Below, piece by piece: positions 1 to 9,180 of a DNA stretch of 64,000 bases; the first letter of the stretch is position 1, and each line of letters starts with the position of its first letter. The translations under genes were made by a program, and so were the position numbers. The notes below the pieces were generated by a model that searched no databases, had not been told where the DNA came from, and saw nothing but the letters and a program-made list of their open reading frames with translations. Location of the stretch: the NCBI GenBank assembly GCA_000998135.1, contig LCCV01000004.1, positions 85,681 through 149,680 on the forward strand. Reading direction: 5' to 3'. Source of the DNA: Parcubacteria group bacterium GW2011_GWA2_42_14 (GTDB taxonomy: Bacteria > Patescibacteriota > Minisyncoccia > Sungbacterales > GWA2-42-14).

Positions 1-281
1 AGGGTTGACGCGTTTTGCTCGATGAAGTTTTTAACTTTTTCTTCGGTTTTGTCGGATGAACCGTCGTTGACAACGATAATTTCAAAAAAATCTTTCGGCA
101 GGTTCTGGCTGACAAGCGCTGTAAGCGCGCGAGTTATGAGATGGTCGCGGTTGTATGTTGCCACTACTACGCTGATTTTTGGCGCGTTATTTTGGCGGCG
201 CGATTCACGGCGAAAAACCTCTTTGATTAAAGAGCGGTCAACTTCGGCAAAATAGTTATAGGAATCGGTAGAAGTTTTCAT
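1..281 (-). CDS. Glycosyltransferase family 2 (runs off the window edge)
   Basis: Manual translation from ATG 281: MKTSTDSY...PKISVVVATYNR...FEIIVVNDGSSDKT, the classic GT2 N-terminus. Not in the ORF track; the 22..255 + ORF is its shadow. Confidence 0.88.
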   Translation of the reverse strand, partial: MKTSTDSYNYFAEVDRSLIKEVFRRESRRQNNAPKISVVVATYNRDHLITRALTALVSQNLPKDFFEIIVVNDGSSDKTEEKVKNFIEQNAST

Positions 282-1110
282 AATCTTCTTTGAGCGTTTT
301 TTGAAACGGGGCGAAGTTCATGCCCAGACCCTTTATTTTTTTATTAGAGCAAAAAAAGTTTTCGTTGGCGAAGGGAAATTCGTCTTCGTTGAATTTTTCG
401 CCGTCGGTGCCCGGGTTATATTTTATTTTTGGTTCTTTACCCGCGATTTTGGCCATTTCCTCAACAAGCCCTTTTAAGGTTATTATATCGTCACCGGCGA
501 TATTAAAAGCTCCTTCGGTTTTATTTTCCGCAATCCCCGCAATGGCTTCGGCAACTTCTTCGGCAAAAACGAATTGTGTCAATGCTTGTCCGTTTCCCGG
601 AAGAATTATCGGCAAACCGTTTTTTATCTTTGCGTAGATAAAACTTTCCCGCGCAAGATAATTTTTGGGGCCGAGGATATAGACCGGGCGCGCCGTTGCG
701 AATTTGACATCGCTATTTATAAGTGCTTCTTCGCATTCAACTTTCCCTTTGTTGTATTTTCCCCAAAGCGGCCATTCTCCCAGAGGAGATTCTTCCGTAA
801 GCGGAAAAATTTCCGTTTTTTTGTAAGCGGCGGCTGTTCCCATGTGTATGAAAAAATCAAATGAGAGTTCGCTCAAAGCCCTTTCGGTCTGATATCCCTT
901 GTAGGCGCACATGTCTATGATTGTTTGGAAATGCCCGAGATTCGGGAAACCGCTGTTTCTGTCTCCTTGAATGAAACGTATTTCTTTAGGATACTTTTTT
1001 TGCGTTCGTCCGCGGTTGAATACTGCTATGTTATGTCCGCGGTTCAGTAAATTTCGTATGATATGCGGCCCTATAAAATTTGAGCCGCCGATGATAAGTA
1101 TGTTTTGCAT
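256..1110 (-). CDS. NAD-dependent epimerase/dehydratase (atypical extended SDR)
   Basis: N-terminal GGSNFIG Rossmann motif, VFNRG, YNKGK (YxxxK), RPVYILGP. Confidence 0.88.
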   Translation of the reverse strand: MQNILIIGGSNFIGPHIIRNLLNRGHNIAVFNRGRTQKKYPKEIRFIQGDRNSGFPNLGHFQTIIDMCAYKGYQTERALSELSFDFFIHMGTAAAYKKTEIFPLTEESPLGEWPLWGKYNKGKVECEEALINSDVKFATARPVYILGPKNYLARESFIYAKIKNGLPIILPGNGQALTQFVFAEEVAEAIAGIAENKTEGAFNIAGDDIITLKGLVEEMAKIAGKEPKIKYNPGTDGEKFNEDEFPFANENFFCSNKKIKGLGMNFAPFQKTLKEDYENFYRFL

Positions 1111-1169
1111 GCGATTGTTTTAAATTAAAGATTGCGTTAGTACGCTTTGCGTGTTCGCAAAAAATTATT

Positions 1170-1200
1170 CGCCCATACCACGGGGTATGGGCGATTTTCT
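1170..1200 (-). terminator. Intrinsic terminator-like hairpin after the lipoprotein gene
   Basis: TCGCCCATACC-ACG-GGGTATGGGCGA stem-loop, followed on the minus strand by an A/T run. Confidence 0.6.
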
Positions 1201-1204
1201 CCGG

Positions 1205-1651
1205 CTATTTCTTTTTCCGGAGAATCATTTGGTTCGGCAGATTTGTCGTGCGAAGTTCTCCGTTAAGAACATATTCGCCGTTCATGCGCATAAGCCACAA
1301 AGTGGCTCTTGATCCGCTCCCGGTCTTGAAGTTTACTGATATTCTTCCTTCGGAGTGTCCCACATAAACCGTTGTTCGTCCTTGAAAACGTGTTCCGGGA
1401 ATGCCGTAATAAGCCGTTAGGATTGAAGATGTTCTTTGCGGCGGGATAATAAGCATCCGTTCCGCTTCCGGATGTGTTGACCCTGGAATGTTGACCGTAC
1501 CTTCCCATTCTCCGACAAGATAGGTAAGCGGGTCTCCCTCAAATTTGTCGATATAATTATAATAATGCTGGACAGAACCGCAAGCGCTGATAATGGCTGT
1601 AATTGCCGTAAAACACACGAATACGAGAACAAATCGGAGTGATTTATCCAT
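1205..1651 (-). CDS. Hypothetical lipoprotein-like protein
   Basis: Hydrophobic N-terminus ending ISAC-GS (lipobox-like); preceded by an AAGGAG SD and a consensus promoter. Confidence 0.7.
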   Translation of the reverse strand: MDKSLRFVLVFVCFTAITAIISACGSVQHYYNYIDKFEGDPLTYLVGEWEGTVNIPGSTHPEAERMLIIPPQRTSSILTAYYGIPGTRFQGRTTVYVGHSEGRISVNFKTGSGSRATLWLMRMNGEYVLNGELRTTNLPNQMILRKKK

Positions 1652-1691
1652 TTGTTTATCTCCTTTTTTCGGACTTTTTACCTCTTAATTT

Positions 1692-1720
1692 ATTGTATCA
1701 TTTTTAAAGCAGTATGTCAA
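1692..1720 (-). promoter_or_regulatory. Sigma70-type promoter
   Basis: Minus strand TTGACA-17 nt-TACAAT upstream of 1651. Confidence 0.7.
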
Positions 1721-1738
1721 ATTTTATTTCTTCTCTTT

Positions 1739-1790
1739 TGGAAACGGGGTTTCCAAGTTACCGAGTTACCACTTGGAAACCCCGTTTCCA
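1739..1790. repeat. REP-like doublet (perfect 20-bp inverted repeat)
   Basis: TGGAAACGGGGTTTCCAAGT-12 nt-ACTTGGAAACCCCGTTTCCA; each arm is itself a small hairpin. Confidence 0.85.
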
Positions 1791-1808
1791 TATGATAACA
1801 TATTTATT

Positions 1809-3296
1809 ATGAAAAACAAGGATATTGAATTTTTGCGCACCGAAAGATTGCAGAATTATTGGGAAAATTACGCGCGCTCTTTTGAACCGCCTTTTTCCCG
1901 GTGGGGTTTTTTAATCGAGTTTTTGGTGAGAATTTTTCGGAACACGGCCATTGCTTTGGAGGGATTATGCGGCCGGAATATTTATGTCAAAAAAGCCGAT
2001 TCTGATTTTGACCGCATCCCCCCGCGGTTTCATTCTTTGGTTAATCTTCTTGGTCAGGAGGGCATATTGAAACAGGTTTTGTTCCCCAAGCCAATATCTG
2101 ACTGGCCGCGCATTCCGGCTTTGAACTTAAAATTCGGCAATGGCGCAAGCGCTTCCGGATACGCGTTGGATTGGGATATGGCCGCAACCAAAGCCGTGGC
2201 TGAACTTTTGGAATGGAGCGCGTTTGGCGGGCATGAGAAAAAAAATTTTATTTTCGGAACATGGAACGATTTAAAATCAAAAGGGGCGGTTGACCCGAAG
2301 CGTTTTATTGCTTTTTCCGAAAAACAGCTCGTCGAACCGGAATATGCCGGGCATCGTATAAATGATGGTTCTAAATTTAGCTGGACTAGATGTTTTTCTC
2401 TTTTTGACGGAAAAGAATATTGGGCGCCGGCGCAATTGGTTTTTTTTGGCAGTGAGATTTTTTCGGGAGAGCCGAAGATTCGTCAAACAACCACCAACGG
2501 CGGAGCGGCCGGAACTTCAATAACCATAGCGTTGGTTCACGGATTATTAGAGGCGATTGAGCGCGATGCTTTGATGATACATTGGCTGAACAAGATTACT
2601 CCGCCTCGTGTTGACCTGGAAAGTTTGGCAGAGTTTAACAATGAAAATATAAATAAAATTCTCGGCGAATATAAAAAATATGATATTGATTTTACGCTTT
2701 TGGACATAACTACTGATTTGGAAGTGCCTGTTTTTCTGACTGTTATCCGCGACCAGATACCAGGCAGGCCGGCTGTTTTTCTCGGGGCCGGAGCAGACCT
2801 TGACGCTGAATCGGCGATTATCCATTCTTTGTTGGAAGGTCTTCGCGCCGGATATTGGAGGGATGTTTCGGAAGAGCAAATTGCGGAAGTCAATAAAAAA
2901 GCGCCGTTAATTGAAAATCTTGAAGAAAGAAGGGCTTATTGGTGCGATAAGTCGCGAATGCCAGAAGCTGATTTTCTTTTAAACGGCCCGATGAAAAAAA
3001 TAAAGAGAAACGAATTTTGCGGCGCGGACAATCAAAAAAAACTGGAGCGGCTTAAGCAGATTCTAAGGGCGCGGGGAATGGAGGCCTACGGCGTTGATTG
3101 CACCACTAAAGCGGCCGAAGGCGCCGGCCTTAAAATTATAATGACATTGGTTCCGGAGCTTTATTATCTTTACCTTAACGAGCGTTTTAAGTATCTGGGA
3201 AGCAAACGATTATATGAAGCGCCGGTAAAAATGGGTGTTTTTAAACAGCCCAAAAAAGAAGAGGAGATGAATTCAATTCCTCATCCCATGCTTTAA
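1809..3296 (+). CDS. YcaO-family cyclodehydratase
   Basis: ATP-binding motifs KAVAELLE and TTNGGAAG...GLLEAIERDA; proline-rich C-terminus NSIPHPML (cf. PHPFP of azoline-forming YcaOs). ATG 1809 preferred over the TTG at 1773, which lies in the palindrome. Confidence 0.92.
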   Translation: MKNKDIEFLRTERLQNYWENYARSFEPPFSRWGFLIEFLVRIFRNTAIALEGLCGRNIYVKKADSDFDRIPPRFHSLVNLLGQEGILKQVLFPKPISDWPRIPALNLKFGNGASASGYALDWDMAATKAVAELLEWSAFGGHEKKNFIFGTWNDLKSKGAVDPKRFIAFSEKQLVEPEYAGHRINDGSKFSWTRCFSLFDGKEYWAPAQLVFFGSEIFSGEPKIRQTTTNGGAAGTSITIALVHGLLEAIERDALMIHWLNKITPPRVDLESLAEFNNENINKILGEYKKYDIDFTLLDITTDLEVPVFLTVIRDQIPGRPAVFLGAGADLDAESAIIHSLLEGLRAGYWRDVSEEQIAEVNKKAPLIENLEERRAYWCDKSRMPEADFLLNGPMKKIKRNEFCGADNQKKLERLKQILRARGMEAYGVDCTTKAAEGAGLKIIMTLVPELYYLYLNERFKYLGSKRLYEAPVKMGVFKQPKKEEEMNSIPHPML

Positions 3297-3309
3297 TTGA
3301 TTTATTATT

Positions 3310-4815
3310 ATGATCCGCCATCTTAACTTAAGCGAAAAAACCGAAGAACGACTACAACAGGAAATCAAGTGGCTGCTTGATGAAAAATATGACGGGCATC
3401 GTACTTCGGAAGCAGAACAGGATATCGAACGGCTCAAGAAGGGTGAGCCGGTGGATTACGTTATCGGGCGTATGGATTTTTGCGGCTGCACTATTGATTT
3501 GTCTTTGCGTCCGTTGATTCCCCGGACCTCCACCGAATATTGGGCAGAGAAGACCATTGAATCAATAAAAAAAAGGGGATTAACAAGTCCCCGTTGCCTT
3601 GATATGTTTGCCGGCTCCGGCTGTGTCGGCATAGCGATTTTGAAACATATCCCCGGAGCGACGGTTGATTTTGTGGACATCGATCCGGACGCATTGAAGC
3701 AGATCGAGATCAATCTGAAGCTGAACGATATATCGCCGAATCGTGCGCGGATCATTCATTCCGATGTTTTTCAAAATGTGACCGGCATGTACGATATTAT
3801 TGCGTCTAATCCGCCATATTTTCCTCTTGGAGTTACGGGATTAATCGCAAAATTCAGTTTGGCATACGAATCGCATCATTTTTATTTTGCCGGCGAAGAC
3901 GGTCTTTCCTGCATCCGGCCGTTTTTACAGTCGGCTAGAAAGCACGTGAAGGAGGATGGAGAAATATGGCTTGATTATGCTTCGGGGCAGAAGTCCGACG
4001 TTGAGCGATTGCTTAGAGAATATGGCTATGCAAATTTTATTTTTTCTGATGAGGGGATGAAACAGAGGCAGGTCGTCATAATGTCTGACGCCGCATTTCA
4101 AGCAGCTGATCCATTTTTTGATTTTTTTGATGCTGATCGGCCGGTCGTTGATCCGCTTTTGCCGGAATGGAAAGAGGTGTCTTATAAGGATTATCCCAGG
4201 TCTACTTGTATAACCCTGCCTAAACCGGAATTGCCGCAAGATGTTTTACTGGAAACTGTTTTGGAGAAAAGGAAGAGTGAACGCGATTTTTCTGACAATC
4301 CTTTGCCGGAAAAAACAATAAGCTCGCTGCTTTATTGGAGCGTTGGTCTAATTAACAAAAATAAGAACATGGTCGAGTTTCAGTTAAGGCGGCCGTATCC
4401 TTCGGGCGGGGCAAGATATCAAGTGGAGATTTACGCGGTTCTTTTCAACGGAAGCGGATTGGAAAACGGTGTTTATCATTATAATACCAAAGAGCACGCG
4501 TTGGAATTGATTCAGCGGGCATCTTTTGAAAATATTCGTCAGGCCTTGCATTATGATTTTGCCAAAAAAGCGGCGGCATTGATACTTTTGTCTTTTGTTG
4601 GGGGCAGAACTTTGAAAAAATACGGGAACCTCGGCTATAAGCTTGGCCTGCTTGAGGGCGGGCACATAGGTCAAAATATTTATCTCGTAGGAACGGCTTT
4701 GGGTTTGGGGGTGTTGGCTTTGGGCGGAATGGATTATGAAGTTGTTCAAAAAGAGCTTGATTTGGGAGAGGATGAAACCGTGTTTTATCAACTGGCCATC
4801 GGATGGCCCAAATAG
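3310..4815 (+). CDS. Fusion of a HemK/PrmC-like SAM methyltransferase and a SagB/ThcOx-type FMN azoline dehydrogenase
   Basis: N-half: GEPVDYVIG, LIPR, LDMFAGSGCVG, SNPPY. C-half: LEKRKSERDF, RRPYPSGGARYQVEIY, GVYHY, KYG...LEGGHIGQN. Single uninterrupted frame. Confidence 0.9.
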   Translation: MIRHLNLSEKTEERLQQEIKWLLDEKYDGHRTSEAEQDIERLKKGEPVDYVIGRMDFCGCTIDLSLRPLIPRTSTEYWAEKTIESIKKRGLTSPRCLDMFAGSGCVGIAILKHIPGATVDFVDIDPDALKQIEINLKLNDISPNRARIIHSDVFQNVTGMYDIIASNPPYFPLGVTGLIAKFSLAYESHHFYFAGEDGLSCIRPFLQSARKHVKEDGEIWLDYASGQKSDVERLLREYGYANFIFSDEGMKQRQVVIMSDAAFQAADPFFDFFDADRPVVDPLLPEWKEVSYKDYPRSTCITLPKPELPQDVLLETVLEKRKSERDFSDNPLPEKTISSLLYWSVGLINKNKNMVEFQLRRPYPSGGARYQVEIYAVLFNGSGLENGVYHYNTKEHALELIQRASFENIRQALHYDFAKKAAALILLSFVGGRTLKKYGNLGYKLGLLEGGHIGQNIYLVGTALGLGVLALGGMDYEVVQKELDLGEDETVFYQLAIGWPK

Positions 4816-4871
4816 CATTTGAAATGTTGTGGATAAGCAAAACTTGCCCTTTGTTAAGCCAGATGGTATTT

Positions 4872-5004
4872 TGAGACTGTAGAAAAACTCTTATAAGGAG
4901 CCAAAAAGTTATTTCCTGAGCCTGTCGAAGGATAACTTTTTGGCTTCTATATTCAAGGTATGGCTTCGATAAGCTCAGCCAATAACTGTTTTTCTACAGT
5001 CTCA
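4872..5004. mobile_element. MITE-like element, 133 bp
   Basis: Perfect 17-bp terminal inverted repeats TGAGACTGTAGAAAAAC/GTTTTTCTACAGTCTCA enclosing CCTGAGCCTGTCGAAGG...CTTCGATAAGCTCAG hairpins. Confidence 0.75.
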
Positions 5005-5014
5005 TTTTACAGAT

Positions 5015-5392
5015 ATGGTAAACAAAAAAGTCACAATTGAAGATTTGGCGGTAATGGTTCAAAAGGGTTTTAAGGATACGGCCCGAAAAGAAGAGATGGA
5101 TAAAAGATTTGACGAGGTGGATAAAAGATTTTTGGGCATAAACCAAGAATTAGTTGATCTTAAATCGGATGTTTCTTATCTTAAATCGCGGGTTGAAGAA
5201 ATAGGCCGCGTGCTTGAACGTCATGATGAGCTTTTGGAAGAACACTCCGAAGAATTAAAAATTATCCATAAAATATTGGATGATTTAACCGACCCCAAAA
5301 ATAAAAAACATATTGTAACTTATCAGGAGTTTTTGGCGCTGGAATCGCGGGTAATAGATTTAGAGAAAAAAGTTGGAGTACAAAAAATATAA
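5015..5392 (+). CDS. Small coiled-coil hypothetical protein
   Basis: TIEDLAVMVQKGF start, heptad repeats MDKRFDEVDKRF. Confidence 0.8.
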   Translation: MVNKKVTIEDLAVMVQKGFKDTARKEEMDKRFDEVDKRFLGINQELVDLKSDVSYLKSRVEEIGRVLERHDELLEEHSEELKIIHKILDDLTDPKNKKHIVTYQEFLALESRVIDLEKKVGVQKI

Positions 5393-5486
5393 ACGTTGCC
5401 ACGGCAACGTTTGAATTTCCGTCGCTCGCCCATCGCGAAAGTGAACTTTCGTGCGGGCTCGTTAGGAAATATAAGAAATGCCACGG
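5391..5486 (+). repeat. Structured intergenic repeat, copy 1 (copy 2 at 22856..22942)
   Basis: Shared GCCACGGCA...TGAATT(T)CCGTCGCTCGCCC...GCTCG(T/C)TAGGAAATATAA with compensatory stem changes. Confidence 0.75.
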
Positions 5487-5532
5487 TATAAAAATAAATT
5501 ATATTAGCATTAGTAGATTCGCATCTATCTTC

Positions 5533-6942
5533 ATGAAAAAACTTCTAAATTCCGTTAAATTTATTTCTAAAGCGTTGTTGCTGATAATTCTTCTATTGGT
5601 CGGCTGGGCTTTTATTAATGTTGCCAACTTTATTAAAGGAAAAAAATCCGTGGAAAATAAATCCGGAGCGGGAGATCTTTTTGGGGCTGATAAGGCAAGC
5701 GCGGATATCCCATATATTTACGATTGTAATTGTCCGCATGTCGCGTATTTTGACGGCAAAGAATTTAAAATTGAGAATGATTTTCTTCCGGCAGAATTTA
5801 AAGCAATTGAACCCGGCTTCGCCGGTTATCTTTATGAACAAACCGTCCTGTCTCCTGATATGCTTAAGTTTTCTTCCATACCCCAAAAATATAACGGAGA
5901 ATTGTTCCTGCGCCTTCAGGAAATTGAGCTTGAGGAATCATTTATCCGGTGGATAAAACTTTTAAGAGTTGTTCATTCCGAAAAAGAAGAAATACTCATA
6001 GACGCCGTTAAAAAAGTTCCTTATCTGGTGTCAATAAATGAGGTTAAGGAAAAAATTCTGCTTCCGTCGGAGGTGATGCTGAATGAAAAAAGCTCTTTAG
6101 CCGGAATTTATCTTGCTAAGCAATTTTTATGGAATGATATTCCGGAAAGTAAAAATGACCTTTTTCAAAAAGGCGATTCCATTGATTTCACTTTTAAAAA
6201 TCTTCAAAAAGATAAAGACGTTTTATTGGTGGTGCGTTCCGTGTACCGCGATTGGATGGCCGGCGAGGAAGTAAAAAATAAGTATTCCTTTTCGGATTTT
6301 ACCCGTTTTCCGGTTTTGGCGAAAGTAGCGGCTTTGGCGGGACTTTATTTTCTTTCCGAACATTTGCCAACGGCAGGCGGTCTTGCGCTTTTGCCGTTTG
6401 TGGCCGGGGCAGGAAGCCAGTGCAAATCAATTGCTTTTTCCTATCGCAATAAAGAAGGCGGATTCAATCCTCTTGTAATCCAAAAACCAAGAAGTTTTAG
6501 GCAAAGTACCGAGGTTATTTCCATACCCAAAGAAGCGGTTGGAGAAGATGACTCTATGGTTATTCGCGCGGATTTTACCAAACGGCATCGTTTGAGTTTT
6601 GTCGGGACTCTGCAGGGATTAGAGATGAATGCCGCCGGAGCAGAAGAACTTTCCGTAAAAAATGCCCGGCATTCACGGCTTGGAGATGTAACATTGAAGA
6701 TTTCCGGTAAAGAAAAAAAAGTAACTCATTTGATTCCCGGGGATACGGTGGATGTAAGTTTTGAAGAACCGAGCCGCCTTCTTTTACAAGGACAGAAAGA
6801 AACGTATCTTTTTCAATCAGCCGGGTTTTATTCAGCACTTAGGCCGGAATACAAAAAAGCGGCCGGCAATTGGACGGAAAAACTTTCCTGCGAAGCTAAA
6901 GAGCATTATAAAAAACTTGTTGAAATTAACTCATATAGTTAA
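5533..6942 (+). CDS. Membrane-anchored/secreted hypothetical protein with a CP-x-x-x-x-FDG domain
   Basis: N-terminal TM helix; KASA-DIPYIYDCNCPHVAYFDG; LRLQEIELEESFIRWIKLLRVVH resembles the SCP-motif domain seen C-terminal to ASPIC/UnbV-type proteins (family recalled, not searched). Confidence 0.7.
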   Translation: MKKLLNSVKFISKALLLIILLLVGWAFINVANFIKGKKSVENKSGAGDLFGADKASADIPYIYDCNCPHVAYFDGKEFKIENDFLPAEFKAIEPGFAGYLYEQTVLSPDMLKFSSIPQKYNGELFLRLQEIELEESFIRWIKLLRVVHSEKEEILIDAVKKVPYLVSINEVKEKILLPSEVMLNEKSSLAGIYLAKQFLWNDIPESKNDLFQKGDSIDFTFKNLQKDKDVLLVVRSVYRDWMAGEEVKNKYSFSDFTRFPVLAKVAALAGLYFLSEHLPTAGGLALLPFVAGAGSQCKSIAFSYRNKEGGFNPLVIQKPRSFRQSTEVISIPKEAVGEDDSMVIRADFTKRHRLSFVGTLQGLEMNAAGAEELSVKNARHSRLGDVTLKISGKEKKVTHLIPGDTVDVSFEEPSRLLLQGQKETYLFQSAGFYSALRPEYKKAAGNWTEKLSCEAKEHYKKLVEINSYS

Positions 6943-7085
6943 GAGGGCGTTAAATAACTGCCAAAAAGTTACTTCCTGAGCTTGTCGAAGGATAATGGTT
7001 CGATTAACTCACCATAAACTTTTGGGCTTTAAATAAGGTAACCCCTCGACTCCGCTCGGGGAATAAAATAATTATTCAAAGGTCT
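6942..7085. mobile_element. MITE/REP mosaic, ~145 bp (inverted copy at 10153..10298)
   Basis: Near reverse-complement of 10153..10298; contains TGAGCTTGTCGAAGG, TGGTTCGATTAACTCACCA and CCCCTCGACTCCGCTCGGGG hairpins. Confidence 0.8.
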
Positions 7086-7099
7086 TGTTAATGATAAGA

Positions 7100-8188
7100 A
7101 TGAGCGAAAACAAAAATAAAAAAGTTAAAATTGTTTTAGCGGTTATTGCCGGTCTGGCGGTTATGGTTTTAGTTGCGTTTTTTTGGGGGAAGCAATGGTT
7201 TGCTTCCTCATATTTTAATCAAGGGCAGACTGCTTTTTTAAAAGGGGATTATGATGCGGCGGGGCAGTTGTTTGAAAAGTCCTTGAAGTTTAACGCAAAA
7301 AATCCGGAGCCGCATTTTTATTTGGGAAAAATCGCTTTAGGTAAGACTGTTTCCAGCGGCCCCCTTTTGTATCCCAATGCCGATTACGAGTCCGCGGTCG
7401 AGCATTTTGAACAATCGTTTTCTTTTGGTCTTGTTCAAAAAAACAAAGACGCTTATCTTGTATCACTTAATGATGCCGGTTTTTCTTATTACATGCTGAA
7501 ACAGTATGAAAAATCCATACCGCTTTTTCTAAAATACATTGAATTGAATCCAACCGGAGCTTTTACGGCGCGATATTTCGTGGCAACGGATTATCTCAAT
7601 CGTTCCAACAAACCAGAGGAAGCTTTGGATATTTTACTTCCGGCAGTTGATGCCGTTTCCGTCAATTCTCCGATTAACAGGCGGAATCTGTTTCGCGTAT
7701 ATTCGCTTCTTGGCCGGTTATATAGTTATTTCGCGGATGCCGTTAATACGGAAAAGTATGCGCGTCTGTCCATTGAAAGCGGCGTAGCCGGCAATAGAGA
7801 GCCGGAAATTCAAGTTGCTCACGTGCTCCTGTCTATTGTTTACGGCAGTAGGGGTGATTTTTCTTCGGCCATGGCGGAAATTAAAACGGCCAATGAATTG
7901 GCGGGTTCTGGCAGTGCGTACAATTGTTCTTTGGTCACAGCGTATTTTGCCGGTAAGAATTATTTTGACGCGGTTGAGGCGGCTAAAGCCGTTAAGCCGT
8001 CCAATTCTTATGGCTATTCCACCTGTTTGCAGATTTTAGGCGAATCTTATCTGGCAGAGGGCAATAAAATTGAGGCAAAAAAATATATGGAAGATTATCT
8101 GACCATGACCGATAAATTTAAAGATAAGAACATTTTTGTTTTCCGCAATCGCGAAAAGTTTGTTGATGAACTGGAGAATTTAAAATAA
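7100..8188 (+). CDS. Membrane-anchored TPR protein
   Basis: N-terminal TM, then TPR helices (YFNQGQTAFLKGDYDAAGQLFEKSLKFN). Confidence 0.85.
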   Translation: MSENKNKKVKIVLAVIAGLAVMVLVAFFWGKQWFASSYFNQGQTAFLKGDYDAAGQLFEKSLKFNAKNPEPHFYLGKIALGKTVSSGPLLYPNADYESAVEHFEQSFSFGLVQKNKDAYLVSLNDAGFSYYMLKQYEKSIPLFLKYIELNPTGAFTARYFVATDYLNRSNKPEEALDILLPAVDAVSVNSPINRRNLFRVYSLLGRLYSYFADAVNTEKYARLSIESGVAGNREPEIQVAHVLLSIVYGSRGDFSSAMAEIKTANELAGSGSAYNCSLVTAYFAGKNYFDAVEAAKAVKPSNSYGYSTCLQILGESYLAEGNKIEAKKYMEDYLTMTDKFKDKNIFVFRNREKFVDELENLK

Positions 8189-8190
8189 AG

Positions 8191-8985
8191 ATGTTAAAAA
8201 AAGATTTTTTAAAGTTTAGGGTTTTTATAATTTTTCTTGCCGCTTTTGCGGTTTTTGTTTTATTTTTTTATTTTCAGCCGGATATTGGGAATTTTTTATG
8301 GAAAGAGGCGGGATTTCCGCGGCTCGCTGTTTTTGTTTATCCGGATGCGAAGTTTGCCGTGAATATTGGCAATTATTATTTTAACGTCGGCGGTAAAGGG
8401 GATTATGATTTGGCGAGAGCCGAAAAATTTTTCCGCTACGCTTTGTTTTTGAATTCGCGTGTTCCTGATGCCTGGCACGAGCTCGCGCGTATTGATTTTT
8501 TGCGGGGAGATTTTGCCGGAGCTCTTGAAAAAATCAATAAGCAAATTGCGCTTCACGGTGATTTGTTTATGGCTTCGTTTTATATCCGCGGCCTGATTAA
8601 CGGATATGCCGGAAATTTTGACGAAGCCGAGCGTGATTTTAAAAAATTTCTGGAATGGGATAAAACTAACTGGGCTGTTCACAACGACCTTGCCTGGATT
8701 TATTTTCAAAAGGGGGATTATAAAAAAACCGAAGAAATTGCCAGAGCCGGCCTTGAATTTAATCGGGGAAATATCTGGTTGCTTATTTCTTTAGGAGTTG
8801 CCTTATTGAATCAGGAAAAAAAGGAAGAGGCGCGGAAAATTTTAGAAGAGGCCGGTATGGCCGCGACCCTGTTATCTGAAACGGATTGGCAGAAGGCCTA
8901 TCCGGGAAATAATCCTTTGTGGGCCAAAACCGGACTTGAAAAAATGAAAGAAACGATTGAATTTAATTTGGGTCTTGTTCGTTAG
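8191..8985 (+). CDS. Membrane-anchored TPR protein
   Basis: N-terminal TM; TPRs (AWHELARIDFLRGDF, HNDLAWIYFQKGDY). Confidence 0.85.
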   Translation: MLKKDFLKFRVFIIFLAAFAVFVLFFYFQPDIGNFLWKEAGFPRLAVFVYPDAKFAVNIGNYYFNVGGKGDYDLARAEKFFRYALFLNSRVPDAWHELARIDFLRGDFAGALEKINKQIALHGDLFMASFYIRGLINGYAGNFDEAERDFKKFLEWDKTNWAVHNDLAWIYFQKGDYKKTEEIARAGLEFNRGNIWLLISLGVALLNQEKKEEARKILEEAGMAATLLSETDWQKAYPGNNPLWAKTGLEKMKETIEFNLGLVR

Positions 8986-8989
8986 CTGT

Positions 8990-9118
8990 CAGACCGTCCG
9001 AAAACTGCGAAAAAAGCGCCTTCGTCATTCTGAGCGAAGCGAAGAATCTCGTGTTTAAGCCAGTTTCGAAAGATAGAGATTCTTCACAAAGTTCAGAATG
9101 ACATTTTCGGACAATCTG
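8990..9118. mobile_element. MITE-like element containing a GTCATTCTGAG...CAGAATGAC REP doublet
   Basis: Imperfect termini CAGACCGTCCGAAAA/TTTTCGGACAATCTG around GTCATTCTGAGCGAAGCGAAGAATCTC...GAGATTCTTC...TTCAGAATGAC. Confidence 0.7.
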
Positions 9119-9180
9119 TTCAATTTCGGCTGTTGATAAAAAGGTTTATTTTTCTCGGTTTTTTTTGTATAATTAAAGAT

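Noticed and set aside
22-255. 77-aa plus-strand ORF
   Set aside because: It is the antisense shadow of the GT2 gene.
5015-5392. RiPP precursor candidate
   Set aside because: It is a coiled coil with no Cys and no Ser/Thr-rich core.
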